Shown: positions 12,924-26,400, counted from the first letter of the stretch. The stretch is 64,000 nt of DNA from Epiperipatus broadwayi (GCA_028023455.1 JAQFVV010000008.1:8370001-8434000); one strand, 5' to 3'. Made by a program: numbers and translations. The notes: generated by a model from the letters alone, not told the origin.

Positions 12924-13243
12924 CTAATAAATAACAATTTTTAAAAATAATACCTTTTACAGTTATAAAATTCATTAATTCATATATACAATTTATCGTA
13001 ATACTTTAATATTTAACTTGGTTATAAATTATTAAATTCATTTTCTTATTAAGCTTTTATCAATTAAAATAAAAATAAATTACTTGTGTCAAAAAAGTTT
13101 ATTTGGTATTAATTTGCATTAAAAAATGATAAAATTTGTTTCATATTTTTACTATGTATACATACAAAAAATTTAATAATCAGATTAAAAAATTTTTTTT
13201 TAAAATTATAAAATGAACAATACATTTACATATTTAAAAATAC

Positions 13244-13363
13244 CTTTGGAGTTTCATGCTCAACACAGAGCTGGGAACAACAATCACTTTTAGTTAAATA
13301 AAAATCAGAATTCAAAAGAGGTGATATCATTAAATGAGACAAGCCAGAGGCATCTTCAGATTC
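13244..13363 (-). CDS. cdc25: Cdc25-family phosphatase, internal exon (120 nt, phase 0 to 0)
   Basis: Acceptor ttgtctag|GAA and donor AAG|gtattt. Encodes ESEDASGLSHLMISPLLNSDFYLTKSDCCSQLCVEHETPK. SGLSHLMISPL resembles the Cdc25 'xMxSLxTAPL' segment, and the exon is in phase with both neighbours. Confidence 0.82.
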
Positions 13364-14099
13364 CTAGACAATAAATAAATTATATAAGCACATACATAAA
13401 TTTTTTTAAATACTTTAATACAATTTGAGGAATATAAAGTTTTTTTTTGTGTGGGTATTACATGATTTTCTTTAGTTAATACAACTTATCAAAAAAGTTC
13501 AACATTAAATTAAAAATAAAAACTTGACAATAATTTTGCTCTCATTTATATGCACATGTTAAACTTTTTGTCTAAAAGTAATTAGAGTGCTAAATAATAA
13601 CTCCTAATCATCCTTGATAATAGTTAGTTATTTCTTACTATTTCTTAAAAATTTATTCTAGCATGTTATTTTTAAAGCTATATATATATCATACATTTTA
13701 ATAAATCCTTATATTATTAAAATGAAACTATTGAAATTTTAAATGACAAACTATTTTTTTATAGCTTATAGTTGATTAATACTAACATAAAAATAAAAAA
13801 AAAAGGTAATATATATATAGCTATATATTAAAAATTAGGCTTTCAAAAATTGATAAAATATGCAAATAGCATAAGCATATTATTTCTAATTTCTAAAAAT
13901 ATAAATTTGAGTTTGGTGATTATTTAAAAAATAAACTGTCATGCAATCACATATAGATTTATTTGAATTTTATTATATTTAAAGTCTGTAATAAAGATAA
14001 AAGAAACAATAATTTCTAACCTAATAAAAATAATTAATAATCATTCATGTATTTATTGAAAGATAATTAGTACAATTACATGCTGAAATAAGACATATT

Positions 14100-15500
14100 A
14101 AAAAACAACAACTATATACTGTATATTACAATACTTCAAGACAATGACTTCTCCAACAACCTCTTTCTTCAAAATAATAAGTTAAAAAGGTTTTCATAGA
14201 CGAAACATATGAATAAAAATTTTGATATTTCCCACATATGTTGATATTTATTATTAGAAAAGTATCATTTCATCTAAATTTCATTTACCATCATTAGGGT
14301 AATATAACTCACTTAGAGATCAGTGGAATTAGTGATATTGGTAATAAAAAACAATCAAAAACAAATTACATCTCATCTGCATATGGTATACTGACAATAC
14401 TTTCAATCAATTTAGAATTTAAGATAGTCAAATAAAAAGAGGGTCTGGAGGAAGAGTAATTACATTTGCATTAATCATTACATTCAATGTACAAAGCAAA
14501 GAATAGGCTCCTGATCACAATTTGTTAAATAAGAATAATACTTTTTTCATTCAAAATATTTGATATTCATTTATTCTATTTGGCATCATAGGCATTATTA
14601 TTATTACTTTTAAAAGTAATGTACTTATTCACAACATTATAAAAGAATCTATAGAAATTTCCACCAGGAATTAAATTCACTTATAATTTTATTAAGTCTT
14701 TCAATTCTGGCATTTCATGGTTTGAGTTTTTATAACAATTTATTTCCATTTCTGAAGTAGTTAACATATGATAAGATTCTAATAATATCTATATAAATCA
14801 ACTCTAACTAATTTTGATATTGGATTTCGTAAAAGGAAATTTGTTTGAGGCCTTGCATAAAACTAATTATTTAACACCATAATTCTTCAGTTATTTGAAT
14901 TTTTTTTTTCTGTTGAACATCCACAAAGGAGGTATTAAAACATGCATTAGATAATGAAGCTGTTTTAAATTAGTGACAAATCTAGTGAAAGAAATTAGTG
15001 CTAAAAATTTTTTTAAAAGTATTTGCCATCAAAATCCCAAGGAATACCAGCCATTTTATCAAAAAGGTAATTGTTATTTTAGACCTAATCTAAAATAATA
15101 ATTGAGATTCTTCCTCTGTTGCTTAGATGAAAAGTTATATATTGTTTTTATGGGATTAGAAATAAGACATAAATCCTTGAAAAAAGATTTCAAACATAAC
15201 CTTAATATATATTTATTCTATTTCAATGAAGATCTACTTTGGGAATGCAAGATGTGATTAGAATAAATAAAATTTCCTATACTCTTAACAAAATCATGAT
15301 GATAAATTAAATAAAATAGTTGAAAGAAATGAATTCGATAATAAGCCATTCTGAAAAGTTTACAATTGATATGATATTAACATTCAATTAGTGGAATTTT
15401 TTTTATGGATAACATTTTATTAAGTGCTATGATATTATCATTCAGTTAGTGGATTTTTTTTAATGAATAATATTTTGTTAAAGTAAATTAACAATGTTTT
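14100..15500 (-). mobile_element. Possible highly decayed non-LTR retrotransposon remnant
   Basis: Only faint RT-like fragments on the minus strand (e.g. an S-L-G-F-D-G-like stretch near 15030-15045) and a coding-like composition; no clean motif. Confidence 0.25.
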
Positions 15501-15924
15501 CTACATGTAAAAATTTTAAAGATTTTCAGATCATTTTTTCAAACAGAATTATAAGCTGAAGTTAGAAAGTAAAAAGGTAACAGCATTTCTTAATTTATTC
15601 TGAAAACCATTTTCAATATGGATAGCTAAAGATAGAAGTTGTACATGAATAGTTTCTTTCATCTTAGCTCAAATATAGCCTATACTCATTTCTTTGCAAA
15701 TTCTTGATAAGATTATTTTTCTACAAAGTTTGTAAAAAACACATTATAATAATAATATTAGATAATAATTTTTTAATTCCAAAATTAAATGATGGACTAT
15801 TAATGTTTAAATTGCACGTGTGATTAAGTTTAGTTAATTTTTCAAAATGAAACAAAAACTGAAAAACGTTTTAATATACAATAATAGTATAATATTACAA
15901 ATAAAAAACTATTATAATTCATAC

Positions 15925-16044
15925 CTCTATAGAATCTGCAGTACTTTCCAAAAAACCATCATCATCATCTTCATTTACAATAATAGACCGGGATGTTTCC
16001 AAAATACCATATGATAGATAGTTAGTATTTAAATTTGAACCACA
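15925..16044 (-). CDS. cdc25: Cdc25-family phosphatase, internal exon (120 nt, phase 0 to 0)
   Basis: Acceptor ttttatcttttag|TGT and donor GAG|gtatga. Encodes CGSNLNTNYLSYGILETSRSIIVNEDDDDGFLESTADSIE, containing the DDGF motif conserved in Cdc25 N-terminal domains. Confidence 0.85.
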
Positions 16045-16540
16045 CTAAAAGATAAAAAAAAATTTTTTTTTTTTTCAAAAATTAAAAATTTGATGCATTT
16101 ATGTAAATTTTATATTTTTTGATTAAAGAATAAAAATTAAGAATCAAACTGTTTTATAAAATAAGTTTATGCTATGTTTTTTGAAAAAAAAAAAAATTCT
16201 TTAAAGTTTTATATAATATCTAAGTTCATCAGTTGTTAATTATATATATAAGCCAATTTGTTTCTAATTATCATTTTTCTATTTTGAGATTATTCTTAAA
16301 GTTAGTGTAATATTGAGAATTTATTAATTTTTTAAAATTTATTATTTTTTTACATAATAATAAAAAAATTTGTTTTATTTATTTGAAACAACTAATTATT
16401 ATAGAAATAATGCATGCATAGATTACACTAATTGAACTTTCCCTACTTTCAAGATATATATATATGCTGTACTAATCTTATAATAGCCCAATGATGTCAT
16501 GTTGAGTATATCATTGAGCTATTATAAGATTAGTCTAGTG

Positions 16541-17024
16541 CAGGGGTGGGCAAATAGCGGCCCGAGGGCCACATGCGGCCCTCTAAGAGTTTTTATGTGG
16601 CCCACCAAGACAATCAGAAAAATCCACCTTGAACTGAGATTTCCTTCCCATGTGGATCCAAAGATTCGTCTCGTATTTTTCATTAGGATAGCCATGTCAA
16701 TACATATGCGCAGTGTAGATACAATGTGCAGTGCTTTTCCAGTTGATCTGTTTAATTCAATTTTGTCTTTGCATAAGCAAATATATACATTTCAAACTTT
16801 AGTGAAACCATGAACCCTCCGAAAAAAAATAAAAATCGGTGATGAATGTCGTATGTTTAATGAAGAATGGACAAAACTAATATTTTTTTGGTAATACAGG
16901 GAATAAAGCAGTGTGTTTATTGGGTCATGAAAAAAGGGTGTGGCCCTCCACTAACCTTTACTTCCCCAAAATGGCCCCCCACCAACCTATATGGCCCCTG
17001 AGCCAAAACAATTGCCCACACCTG
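16541..17024 (+). mobile_element. Non-autonomous hAT (Buster/Charlie-like) deletion derivative, 484 bp
   Basis: TIRs CAGGGGTGGGCAA and TTGCCCACACCTG; perfect 8-bp TSD GTCTAGTG at 16533-16540 and 17025-17032. It retains a frameshifted transposase start (MNPPKK..IGDECRMFNEEWTK..GNKAVCLLGHE) at ~16810-16930. Confidence 0.95.
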
Positions 17025-17785
17025 GTCTAGTGCATATATTAAAGGCGGAAATTCTTTCTCTTTAATTATATGTATATATACTTTAATCCTTAACTATTTT
17101 GAAGCACCCTTATTATAATTTTTGTAGAATAAGATCGATTGAAAACTGAAGTATCAAAATAATAATTTCATATATCAGCTCTCATTACTTAGCAGCACCC
17201 TTCAAAGAGTGTGATGATAACTATGCAAACTAATCCATGAATCACAAATACATTCACATATAAGTTTTAAACTTTGATGATACCTAGTAATTGTCTTAAT
17301 ATTTATAGAAAGCTTTAAAGAAAGATTTCCACATCTTACTTAGTGATAGATCTCCCTTATATTTTTTCTTAAATCATATCTTTTTAATGAAAATAATCAA
17401 TGATACATCCCTATGAAATGGCTTTAAGATAATTTTTTATAATATAAATAATGTTTTTTCTCCAATAAAAAACTATATTAAAGTTCATACGAAAATGTTT
17501 TTTAAATTTATTTTTAGAAAATCTATTATAATCCATTAAATTCTTATGTCAAAACCAACAAATATGTGCCTTTATAATTTAGATTCAATACCATTATATT
17601 CTGCAGTTCATTATTTGGTTTAATAAAAATAAAACAATCATCAATATACTGTGAATCTAGAAGTTAATATCAATATTCTTATTTTTGCTTTTAATGAGTT
17701 CAAATTAAGAACTCCACCAATAAAGTTATATCATATCTTAAGATATTATAAAAAGACCTGTAATTTTTTACAAAAGTGACTATTA

Positions 17786-18656
17786 TAAATGTAAATTAGT
17801 GATCAGGCTAATGCACATGCGCTTTACAGATAACTATACGTAAATAATACTGACATTCTCAACACAAGATAAAGTCTTTAGAAAAGATAGATATGAATCC
17901 ATCTAACTTTTTGACCCAAACGTTTAAGTATGGGTAAATCTTAAGTGTTTGGATATGAGAGTGTGACAATATTGAACAGTCACTTTAAATTATTTTAATA
18001 TGCTTGGATGAATGACGCTTGCAAAATTATTTAAAATTTACTATACATCATTCTTGATTGAAATTAAACATATATATAATTAAGTATTCATTTATACAGC
18101 GCTATGTTGATAAATTGTAAATTAGAGATCAGGCTAATGCACATACGCTTGAAATTAAATATATATATAATTAAGTATTTATTTATACAGTGCTTTGTTG
18201 ATAAATTGTAAACGTAAATTAGTGATCAGACTAATGCACATGAGCTTTATGTGCATTAGCCTGATCGCTAATTTACGTTTACAATTTATCAACATAGCGC
18301 TGTATAAATAAATACTTAATTATATATATGTTTAATTTCAATCAAGAATGATGTGTAGTAAATTTTAAATAATTTCGCAAGCATCATTCATCCAAGCATA
18401 TTAAAATAATTTTAAAGTGACTGTTTAATATTGTCACACTCTCATATCCAAACACTTAAGATTTGCCCATACTTAAACGTTTGGGTCAAAAAGTTAGATG
18501 GATTCCTATCTACCTTTTCTAAAGACTTTATTTTGTGTTTGAGAATGTTAGTATTATTTATGTATAGTTATCTGTAAAGCACATGTGCATTAGCCTGATC
18601 GCTAATTTACATTTACAATTTATCAACATAGCGCTGTATAAATAAATACTTAATTA
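17786..18656. repeat. ~870-bp foldback (long inverted repeat with internal subrepeats)
   Basis: The axis is near 18245 (GCACAT-GAGCTTT-ATGTGC). The left arm is partial A, B, A, A and the right arm is A', B', A', where A is ~85 bp and B ~250 bp. The arms align at roughly 95% by hand. Confidence 0.95.
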
Positions 18657-18738
18657 AAAGTGATTATTATAAAAGTGGAAAAGAAAGTTGAAGTTATTAT
18701 TAATAATAATAAACAGTCATTTGTAAACAAGTATGACC

Positions 18739-19372
18739 ATTTACATAACATACCATTTCCAACCTTCTTATACACTTATCAATACTATTTTTTACACCAA
18801 AACTCTGCCCTGCAGTCATCATCAGAGCTAGAATATCCAAATATATAGTCATACAATTACCACACCTTTTACGCATAACTATATACATAATCAAGAACAT
18901 ACATCTTAACTTGACCATTATAAATAATCATTTTCCATTTTATTATTCTACTTTTAACTAATTTTATTTTTTATTTATATTATTATTATTAAATAATTCT
19001 ACATTTATTTATTACAATTTTAAATCTTTAAACTCTACTATTTAATCTTTTATTATTATCTTTTTACTTATATTTTCTTAATTTCTTATAAATTTTTATT
19101 ATACATTTTTAACTATTAACTGTTTTACATTATAAATTATCTTTTTTATTACATTACTAAATACTTCTTTGTAATCCTATTTCCAAAAACCAACTAACAA
19201 ATTTTCAAAAATTCTTATTCTTAAAAAATGTGGTAATTGTATGATTATATATTTGGATATTGTAGCTCTGATGATGAGTGCAGGATAGTTGAAACTGTAA
19301 AAGTAAAGTTTTGGTGTAAAAAATAGTATTGTGAAGTGTAGAAGAAGGTTGGAAATGGTATGATATGTAAAT
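18739..19372. mobile_element. MITE-like unit with ~130-150-bp inverted arms and a G-poor spacer
   Basis: 18739-18871 (ATTTACATAACATACCATTTCCAACCTTCTT...CAATTACCACA) is the reverse complement of 19222-19372, apart from an ~20-bp indel. Confidence 0.75.
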
Positions 19373-19742
19373 ATAGAAATCAATACATAAGGAAAGGAAG
19401 AAGAAAATTGTAAGTATGACCATTTCCAAACCCCTATCTTTCCCAGAACAAAAAAAAAAAAAAAGGAGAGAAAAAAAACTACTCCAAAAATGAGTTTGTG
19501 AGACTATTCAAACAAATTTGTGAAACACTAATATGTTTACATATAAAACCTAGTAATCCATTTTTCTATTTGCTTAATATTTTATAATGCAGTCTTTTAA
19601 TTTTTTAAGCAGAAAATGTTTATTTCTGAAATATTTCAAAACCATATCTAATTGTAGTTATTCAAAGTATTCTATTCTATGTTTATATTTTCCCATTGGA
19701 AACATTTGACCTTGCACTTTTTTAGAATGTCCTTGATATAAT

Positions 19743-22700
19743 CCTTATAATATAGAAGAGATAATATTGACATTATCAACTATATACACATCACTTTATT
19801 TCTTAATACCAAAATAAAACTCAACACAGAAATAAAACTTAACAAATATGAGTTTATTAACTCAAATACTTGAAAAGATATAAATGTCCATATTTGCAAA
19901 AGAGCTTGTTTGCGCAATTGTTCTCATTTAAACTTGGTTATAGATATAGTCATAAAACTTCTCATTTAGATACAGTACATTACACATAAGATTGAATACG
20001 ATACATCTTAACGTACTTGATTTCTTGGCCTCTGTGTGTAGCACACACATGCTTTCACTGTCACTTCTATTACTCTTTCTTTCTCTTTGGCAGTTTTTAT
20101 TGTACATTGCATGATCTACGTAATTAGCACATCTTCGCATAATTAGCATATAGCTGTATACTTTATATACATTACTTTTCTCTAGTGTTAACAATGTGAA
20201 TTTATTCCACTTTCTGTCTGAATATTTGTTACAACATAATCAACTTTATTTACATCACTTTATATGCATACATTATTGTTTTAGTCAGACAGGGCACTCC
20301 TCCCCTCACTTTAGAAAATAGTTCACATGTTTTATTATAAATACAGACCTTTAGCCTTTCATGTTTCCTATGATTATGTTCATGTTTTGGTGGGGTTAAA
20401 GGTCTTTCTTTATCCCTTTGTTTTGAACTAAGTAAATCTATCATAATTGGTAAATTGTTAGTCTAGTTACACAATTTTGAGAAACTGGTATCAGCCCAAT
20501 GTTGGGTATCTCTTTTTCTCGCTTTTCTGATGATATACAATCAGAATTCTCTTTCTTTAACTGGATCAATTAGATCTATTACTGGAAAATCCAATCTTGC
20601 ATTCTCAGGTTCAATAGGTTCACTCTGGCAGGTTCAAAGATGGTTAATGTACCTTCAAACTTCAATTTCATCTGCCAGCTGTATCAATATCAATTGTTCA
20701 TATAATATGTTCTAATATTCTTTCTGTTTTCCATTGTGTTTTTTATTAAGTTTTGTATCCATATTGTTTCTCCACCATTGTACTTCATGCTGGCTAAATT
20801 ATTTTTTCTTTTCTTATCTTACTAGGCTCCAATACAGATATGGAAGACATCAATCTTTCAGCAAGTGTTTTCTTAGAATCAATGCTGGTGTAAAATGATT
20901 GTAAAACCTGGCTGTTAGTAAAATTCATAAATATCCTTATATGATGTTTTCCCTTAATGTTAGTTTCAAATGCTGCACTGCTTTTTCAGCTAATTCATTA
21001 AATTCTAGGTGATGGAGAGGTTTTAGAACATATCTAATCCTCTTTCTAGCTAAAATATCTTTTAATTGCAATAAAAAAATCAGGTTCCATTATCTGAAAT
21101 GATAGTATCTGGATACTCATAGTATGGAAACAATTTATTTAATACTCTTATGATATTATTCTTGTACTTTTAATTACTGTGTATTCTGTTCACTTTAAAT
21201 AGGAATCAATAATGATTAAGAAAATATATCCATTTTTGATCCAGCATAGTCCATATGTATTCTCTATGGTTTGATTGCTTGTGGCCATGGTTCCAATTCC
21301 TACAATGTTTGACTGTTTATTCAATCTCATGGATCATACTAGGCCACAATAAATATAACCTTGAAACCTTTCATTCTGAGGATGACCAGATGTACTTTAT
21401 GTAGTAATTGCTTCTTTGTTTTCTGATATGCATTCACTGCATATAAACAGACTCTCCTGCACATTTCGTATAGGTTTAATTACATAGTTTGGTTGAATGT
21501 AGGACCATTGGTCTTTAATCTCCTTTTTTTGCTAATTCATAATCAGGATCTTGTTGGCTTTATTTGGCTACAACTGCATTATTTAATATATTTGATTATG
21601 GAAACTATGTAGTAATTTTCAGGTTAGAGGCTCACACTCTTGCATATCTGGCCATCTGGACAAAATGTCAGCATGACCAATTTCTTTTCCCAGCTTATAT
21701 GAGTTCAAAATTATAGGATACCAAAATATTTATTCATTTTATCATTCTTTAATTGATATGATCTGGAGTCTTCTTTGGATTTCCAAATATTCCCAACAGA
21801 GATTAGAATCCACATAAATATTGAACTCATTTCTGTATACATAGTGGTGAAATTTCTTCACTGCAAAAACAATTGCTAGAATTTTCTTATCAAACTGACT
21901 ACAGTACTTTTCAAGTACTGTTAAGGTTCTATATGTATTTGCGAGCAGATGTTCACATCCATTAGACTCTGAGATAACAGCAACAATTCCATATTTCGAC
22001 ATCTATTGTAATGATGACATTTTGATTTTCTCTGTAGTGAGTTGGTTCAACATTAATAAGTCTTTAGTCATCTTAAATGTGTGCTTGAATTTTCTTTTAA
22101 CTCTTAGTAAGATATTTATTTCCTCTAGAACTTTTGAGTCACATAGATGGTTAGCTACTTGCAATACATCTTTACTTGCTATCCACAACAATCTTGCCAT
22201 TTTTAGCCCATCCTCAACTATGTAATTAATAAGAAAATTAGATCTCTTTGCATGCTTGATGTAAATTTATCATCCCGATGCATTGTTTAGATCAAACTCA
22301 CTGATGGAGCTATTTTACAGTGCCATTATTTCCACTTTATTAAAACTCGCTTTTAAATCTTCTTTACAAGCTTTTCTTAAAGTATCGGACTGCACTGCTC
22401 TGCTATATCCAGTTTTCTCAAAGAATCATACTGTATCAACTTAGTCTATACCATTTTGTTACAAGTACCAGATGATTTTCTTTCACTTCACACAGGTTTC
22501 TTCAACTGTCAGCTGCATAATGTTGATATATACAAGGGTAATATTGATATTACTAGCTATATAAACATCCTTTAGTTTCTTGTATAAAAATAAAACTCAA
22601 CATAGAAGTAAAACTTAACAAATAATATTTTATTAACACTCAAAAGTATAAATCTTCATATTTACAATCAGCTTGCTCACGAAGTTGTTCTCACTTTATA

Positions 22701-23119
22701 TTCGATTATAGATATAGTCATAAAACTTCTCAAGTTGAATACAATTCATTGTGTATTAGATTAAATCTGATACACCTTTACTTAGTTGATTTCTTGGTCT
22801 CTGTGTCTCACATGCCACTTTTATATAACTACTGCTATGCTTTCTTTTTATTGTTGTTTTGGCTGATTTAGGCAGTTTTTATTACACATTGCATAATCCG
22901 CCTAATTAGCATATCTTTGCATAATTAATATTTTACTATTCATCTAATATACTTTACTTTCATTAATTTTCTAGAATGTTAAAAATGGTCATGCTTTGAC
23001 AAAAATACATCGTATTGAAAGCCTGGCTTAGCAAATAATAAAGTTTTAAATTTAAATTTAGTACCGTATTTGAGTTTCGTTTTTCTTATCATACATTATT
23101 GTTTTAGTCAGACAATGCA
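19743..23119 (-). mobile_element. Internally deleted Ty3/Gypsy element with both LTRs
   Basis: 5' LTR ~23119-22521 and 3' LTR ~20296-19743 both start TGCxxTGTCTGACTAAAACAATAATGTA. PPT AAAGTGAGGGGAGGAG lies at 20313-20297. RNase H (YRTLTVLEKYCSQFDKKILAIVFAVKKFHHYVY) is at ~21.8-22.0 kb, with integrase remnants at ~20.9-21.4 kb. No gag or protease seen. Confidence 0.85.
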
Positions 23120-23159
23120 TTCTCCCATGAAAACTATTCTCAAATTTCACCATAAAACA

Positions 23160-26100
23160 TCCTTTTAGGAAGTCTTCCATTGTTCATTTGTTTACATGTC
23201 CAATCCAATGAGTTAAAAAACATAGTGATTGGTTTTATGATGTTGCCATTGTATTTTTAAAATTTTACTGAGCATCCTTAAATAAAACTTTTCTAGTACT
23301 TTATACTTTGCTGATAGGGTATCCAAATTTCACTTCCATACAATAAATTAGTAAAATAAAAACTCTATATACTGCTAACTTAATTGCAATAGTTATTTCC
23401 CTGTGATAAAATACTCTACCCCTTTTATATTGTTAAAAACAGAAGTAGCACAGTGGAGTCTGTGTTATACCTCAACATCAAGTCCATCTTACTATTTATA
23501 AAATTACTAAGGTGCTTAAATTGGTTTACATATTCAAGTTGATAACCATCCAAACTAAAGGTTGTTAAGGAGATTTTTTCCACCACTGACTTATAAAGAA
23601 CTCAAATTTAATAAACCAAAGTCTTTATATTTTGCATTCAAAACACCAAGAATATTCTGTAAATCATCTTTTGAACTGGTAAAAATAGCACAATCATCAT
23701 TATACTATAAATCCAGAATCCAAGAAATTATTATTTCTGTTTTTAATCAATTCAAATTAAAAAATCCACAATCAAACCTGTATCATATCTTGATACTCAT
23801 TTTATTAAATCATCTATACATAATTCCAAAGACCACTGTCAGAAAAGTTGAAAACAAAGTTGGAGCAAGTAGAAAAACTTGTTTAATACTAGTTTTCATT
23901 TCAAATGCTTCAGCTATTCCATCTGTAGTAATAACACTCTCTTTCATTCCATCATGTAGAAGCTATATAATATGAAAATATTTTGGTGGACAACCATCAA
24001 ATGTCTTGAAATAATATACAAATTGTCTCTTTGTTTTTGTCACTTTTCTTGCATTTGCCAGGCAATAAAAAACATGTCTATTAATGAACATAAACAGAAA
24101 AGATAGATTAAAAAATATATTCAGCTTTATTACTGCATAGCACGCTTTTGATATATCATATGAATATGACATACATGATATATCGAAAGCATGCTAGGCA
24201 ATAATAAAGCTGAACATATTTTAAAACTACCGTTTCTATATATGTGTTCATTAACAGTTATTTATTATGTTAGTTCAGAAAAGGAAAAAAATTATAGTTG
24301 AATTATTCTCAAAAACCAATTGAGTCACTGGTAACTATTCACTATAACTGGAAGTAATCTGTTCGATAAAATTATTGAGAGTATCTCTACTATAGAGGAT
24401 AATAATGATATTCCATGATAATTAATATAATCTTATATATTCTATTTGTTTTTTTTTTTAAAAAAACCACTTAAGATTGGAAGGCACAATTTCATGGGTA
24501 CATATATTCCCCAAAATTCTAAAATTTTTGAAGCTAACACATCATTACCATATTTAAAAACTTCTGGAGATATTTCATCAATATTTGCAGCCTTTCCATT
24601 TTTAAGATTACAAAGAGCTATTCACTAAGCTGGATATCTTTGTCCAAATCTAAATTACATAAAATAGACATAATATTAAGTCATCATCTCAATTTTCAAA
24701 AGATGATCAAAATATTCTTTCCACCTATTCAAAATATCATTGTCATCATATAAGAGAATGCCATTGCTAGATTTAAAATGATTGTGATAATGTTTCTCAA
24801 GTCCATATGTTGCTGCTTTCAATGCATAAAAAAGATCTAGAATAATCATGATCAATGAATGAATCCATCTATTTTGCAGTTTTAATTTATGAATCATTTT
24901 TAAGTCTTCTTATCAGTACCTGAACATCTATCTGTCTTCAGTTTTTAGTTCCATATTAATTCCATTAAGAGAAAGATACCACATGTTGTTTCCTTTTAAT
25001 TAAATCACTAATAATAATAATATTATTGAAAGAAAACCAGTCATGATTCTTCTTTTTAGTGAACCTAAATAGATTTACTTGTATCTATAACCCACTCTTT
25101 AAGAAAATTTTATGTTTCAGTAATGTGACAGTATTGAAGATCCTAATTAGCAAGTTTTAGTGGATAATAGTAATAGAAATTTAGTACTTATAGAATGTGT
25201 TTTAAAAAATGAACATCAATTTTTTTGTAAATATGATTGGAATAATATGGTTTTTAATGCAATTATTTTAATCTTGGAGCATACTAATCTATGACCTATC
25301 CAATAATTTACACTGTAAGTGCTCACACAAAGTAAAATTCTTTTGTACTTTCACTCCTAACTATAATGTAATCTATTAAATGCCACTGTTCTAAGTGTGG
25401 ATGCTTCCTGTTCTTTATAGTGATTTTTCTGTATAAACAAAGTATTTGTGATAGTTAGTTCTTGTGTTATACACAAATTTAATAACAAACAATTTGAATT
25501 TACAGCATCAATACCATTATTTTCAATAACATTTGGCCAAAATCTACTATTTGCCCCAACATGTGTACTAAAGTCTCTGAGGAAAAAAAATTGATCTTTT
25601 AATGGTATTGTTGTAATAAAAGCTTTCTCTGGATTTAAGATTGGAATGAACATAGCACTAATAAAACGAACACAAGTATCATTATTCAAGGAGAGTTTTA
25701 AGTTGATGAGCCTTTCATTGATAAAACAAGAAATTCCATAATAGAAGATACTAAATTAGACTCTACAGCAAATCCAACACCATGCATTCAATTTTCATGC
25801 CTGATATGCCTTTCCAAAAAACTTGCATCCATGTATCTATTTATTAAAATTCCTTCCTCTGGGTTTCACTAAAGCCTAACTATTAGTGCAGTCATATGTT
25901 CTAATCTTGAAGAGTTTATATGAAGCAAAGCCACACATTTCATATACCTAAATTTAGAAAAAAAAATTAGATTTATAATGCTTATCTTTAGTCACACTAC
26001 TGGCTGTTGCTTTATCACTACTACTGATATCATTATTATTGCAGGGATGAATAATCTAGCAGGTGTGACAAGCTAGCCAGATTGTGCGAGACAAGTCATT

Positions 26101-26400
26101 TTTAAGCCATATTTTCTAGGCTCTTCCACTCCGATGGTAGATAAGGAGATCCTACAATAGGATTTCCTAAATATAAAATCTTTACCAGCCAAAACTCCAG
26201 CCTCAGTGAAAATCCAATTCCAAACAGACTCTAAGACTGCCTTTATCATTGCTTTCTTAATTCTCGAGGGTTGAACTAAAAAAAAAAAAAAGAAGGAAAA
26301 AGCAATTGGAATCAGAAATGCTATGCATGTAATAAAAGGATGGAAATAGTTACATAAATACACAATCCCAAAAAGATGTTCAATGCCATTACAAGCTCAT
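23160..26400 (-). mobile_element. Decayed near-full-length RTE (BovB-like) LINE
   Basis: Minus-strand fragments in the expected order: endonuclease (FWKG..HGVGFAV ~25.8 kb; FFFLRDFSTHVG..ELTITNTLF ~25.4-25.6 kb), ILNRWKEYFDHLL (~24.7 kb), RT (GMKESVITTDGIAEAFEMKTSIKQVFLLAPTLF ~23.9 kb) and C-terminus (YGSEIWIPY..ILKIQWQ ~23.3 kb). Confidence 0.8.
24081..24254. mobile_element. Palindromic MITE-like insertion within the RTE LINE
   Basis: ~80-bp imperfect inverted arms (TTAATGAACA...TTCAGCTTTATTA...TTTTGATATATCAT and its reverse complement) around an ~15-nt spacer. Confidence 0.7.

Noticed and set aside
16499-16813. 104-aa plus-strand ORF
   Set aside because: It runs through the TIR and subterminal region of the hAT derivative; the real transposase start begins at ~16810.
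9499-18656. CRISPR-like arrays in the repeat regions
   Set aside because: No short direct repeats with unique spacers, no cas genes, and a eukaryotic intronic context.
23562-23975. 137-aa plus-strand ORF
   Set aside because: Antisense of the minus-strand RTE reverse transcriptase remnant.
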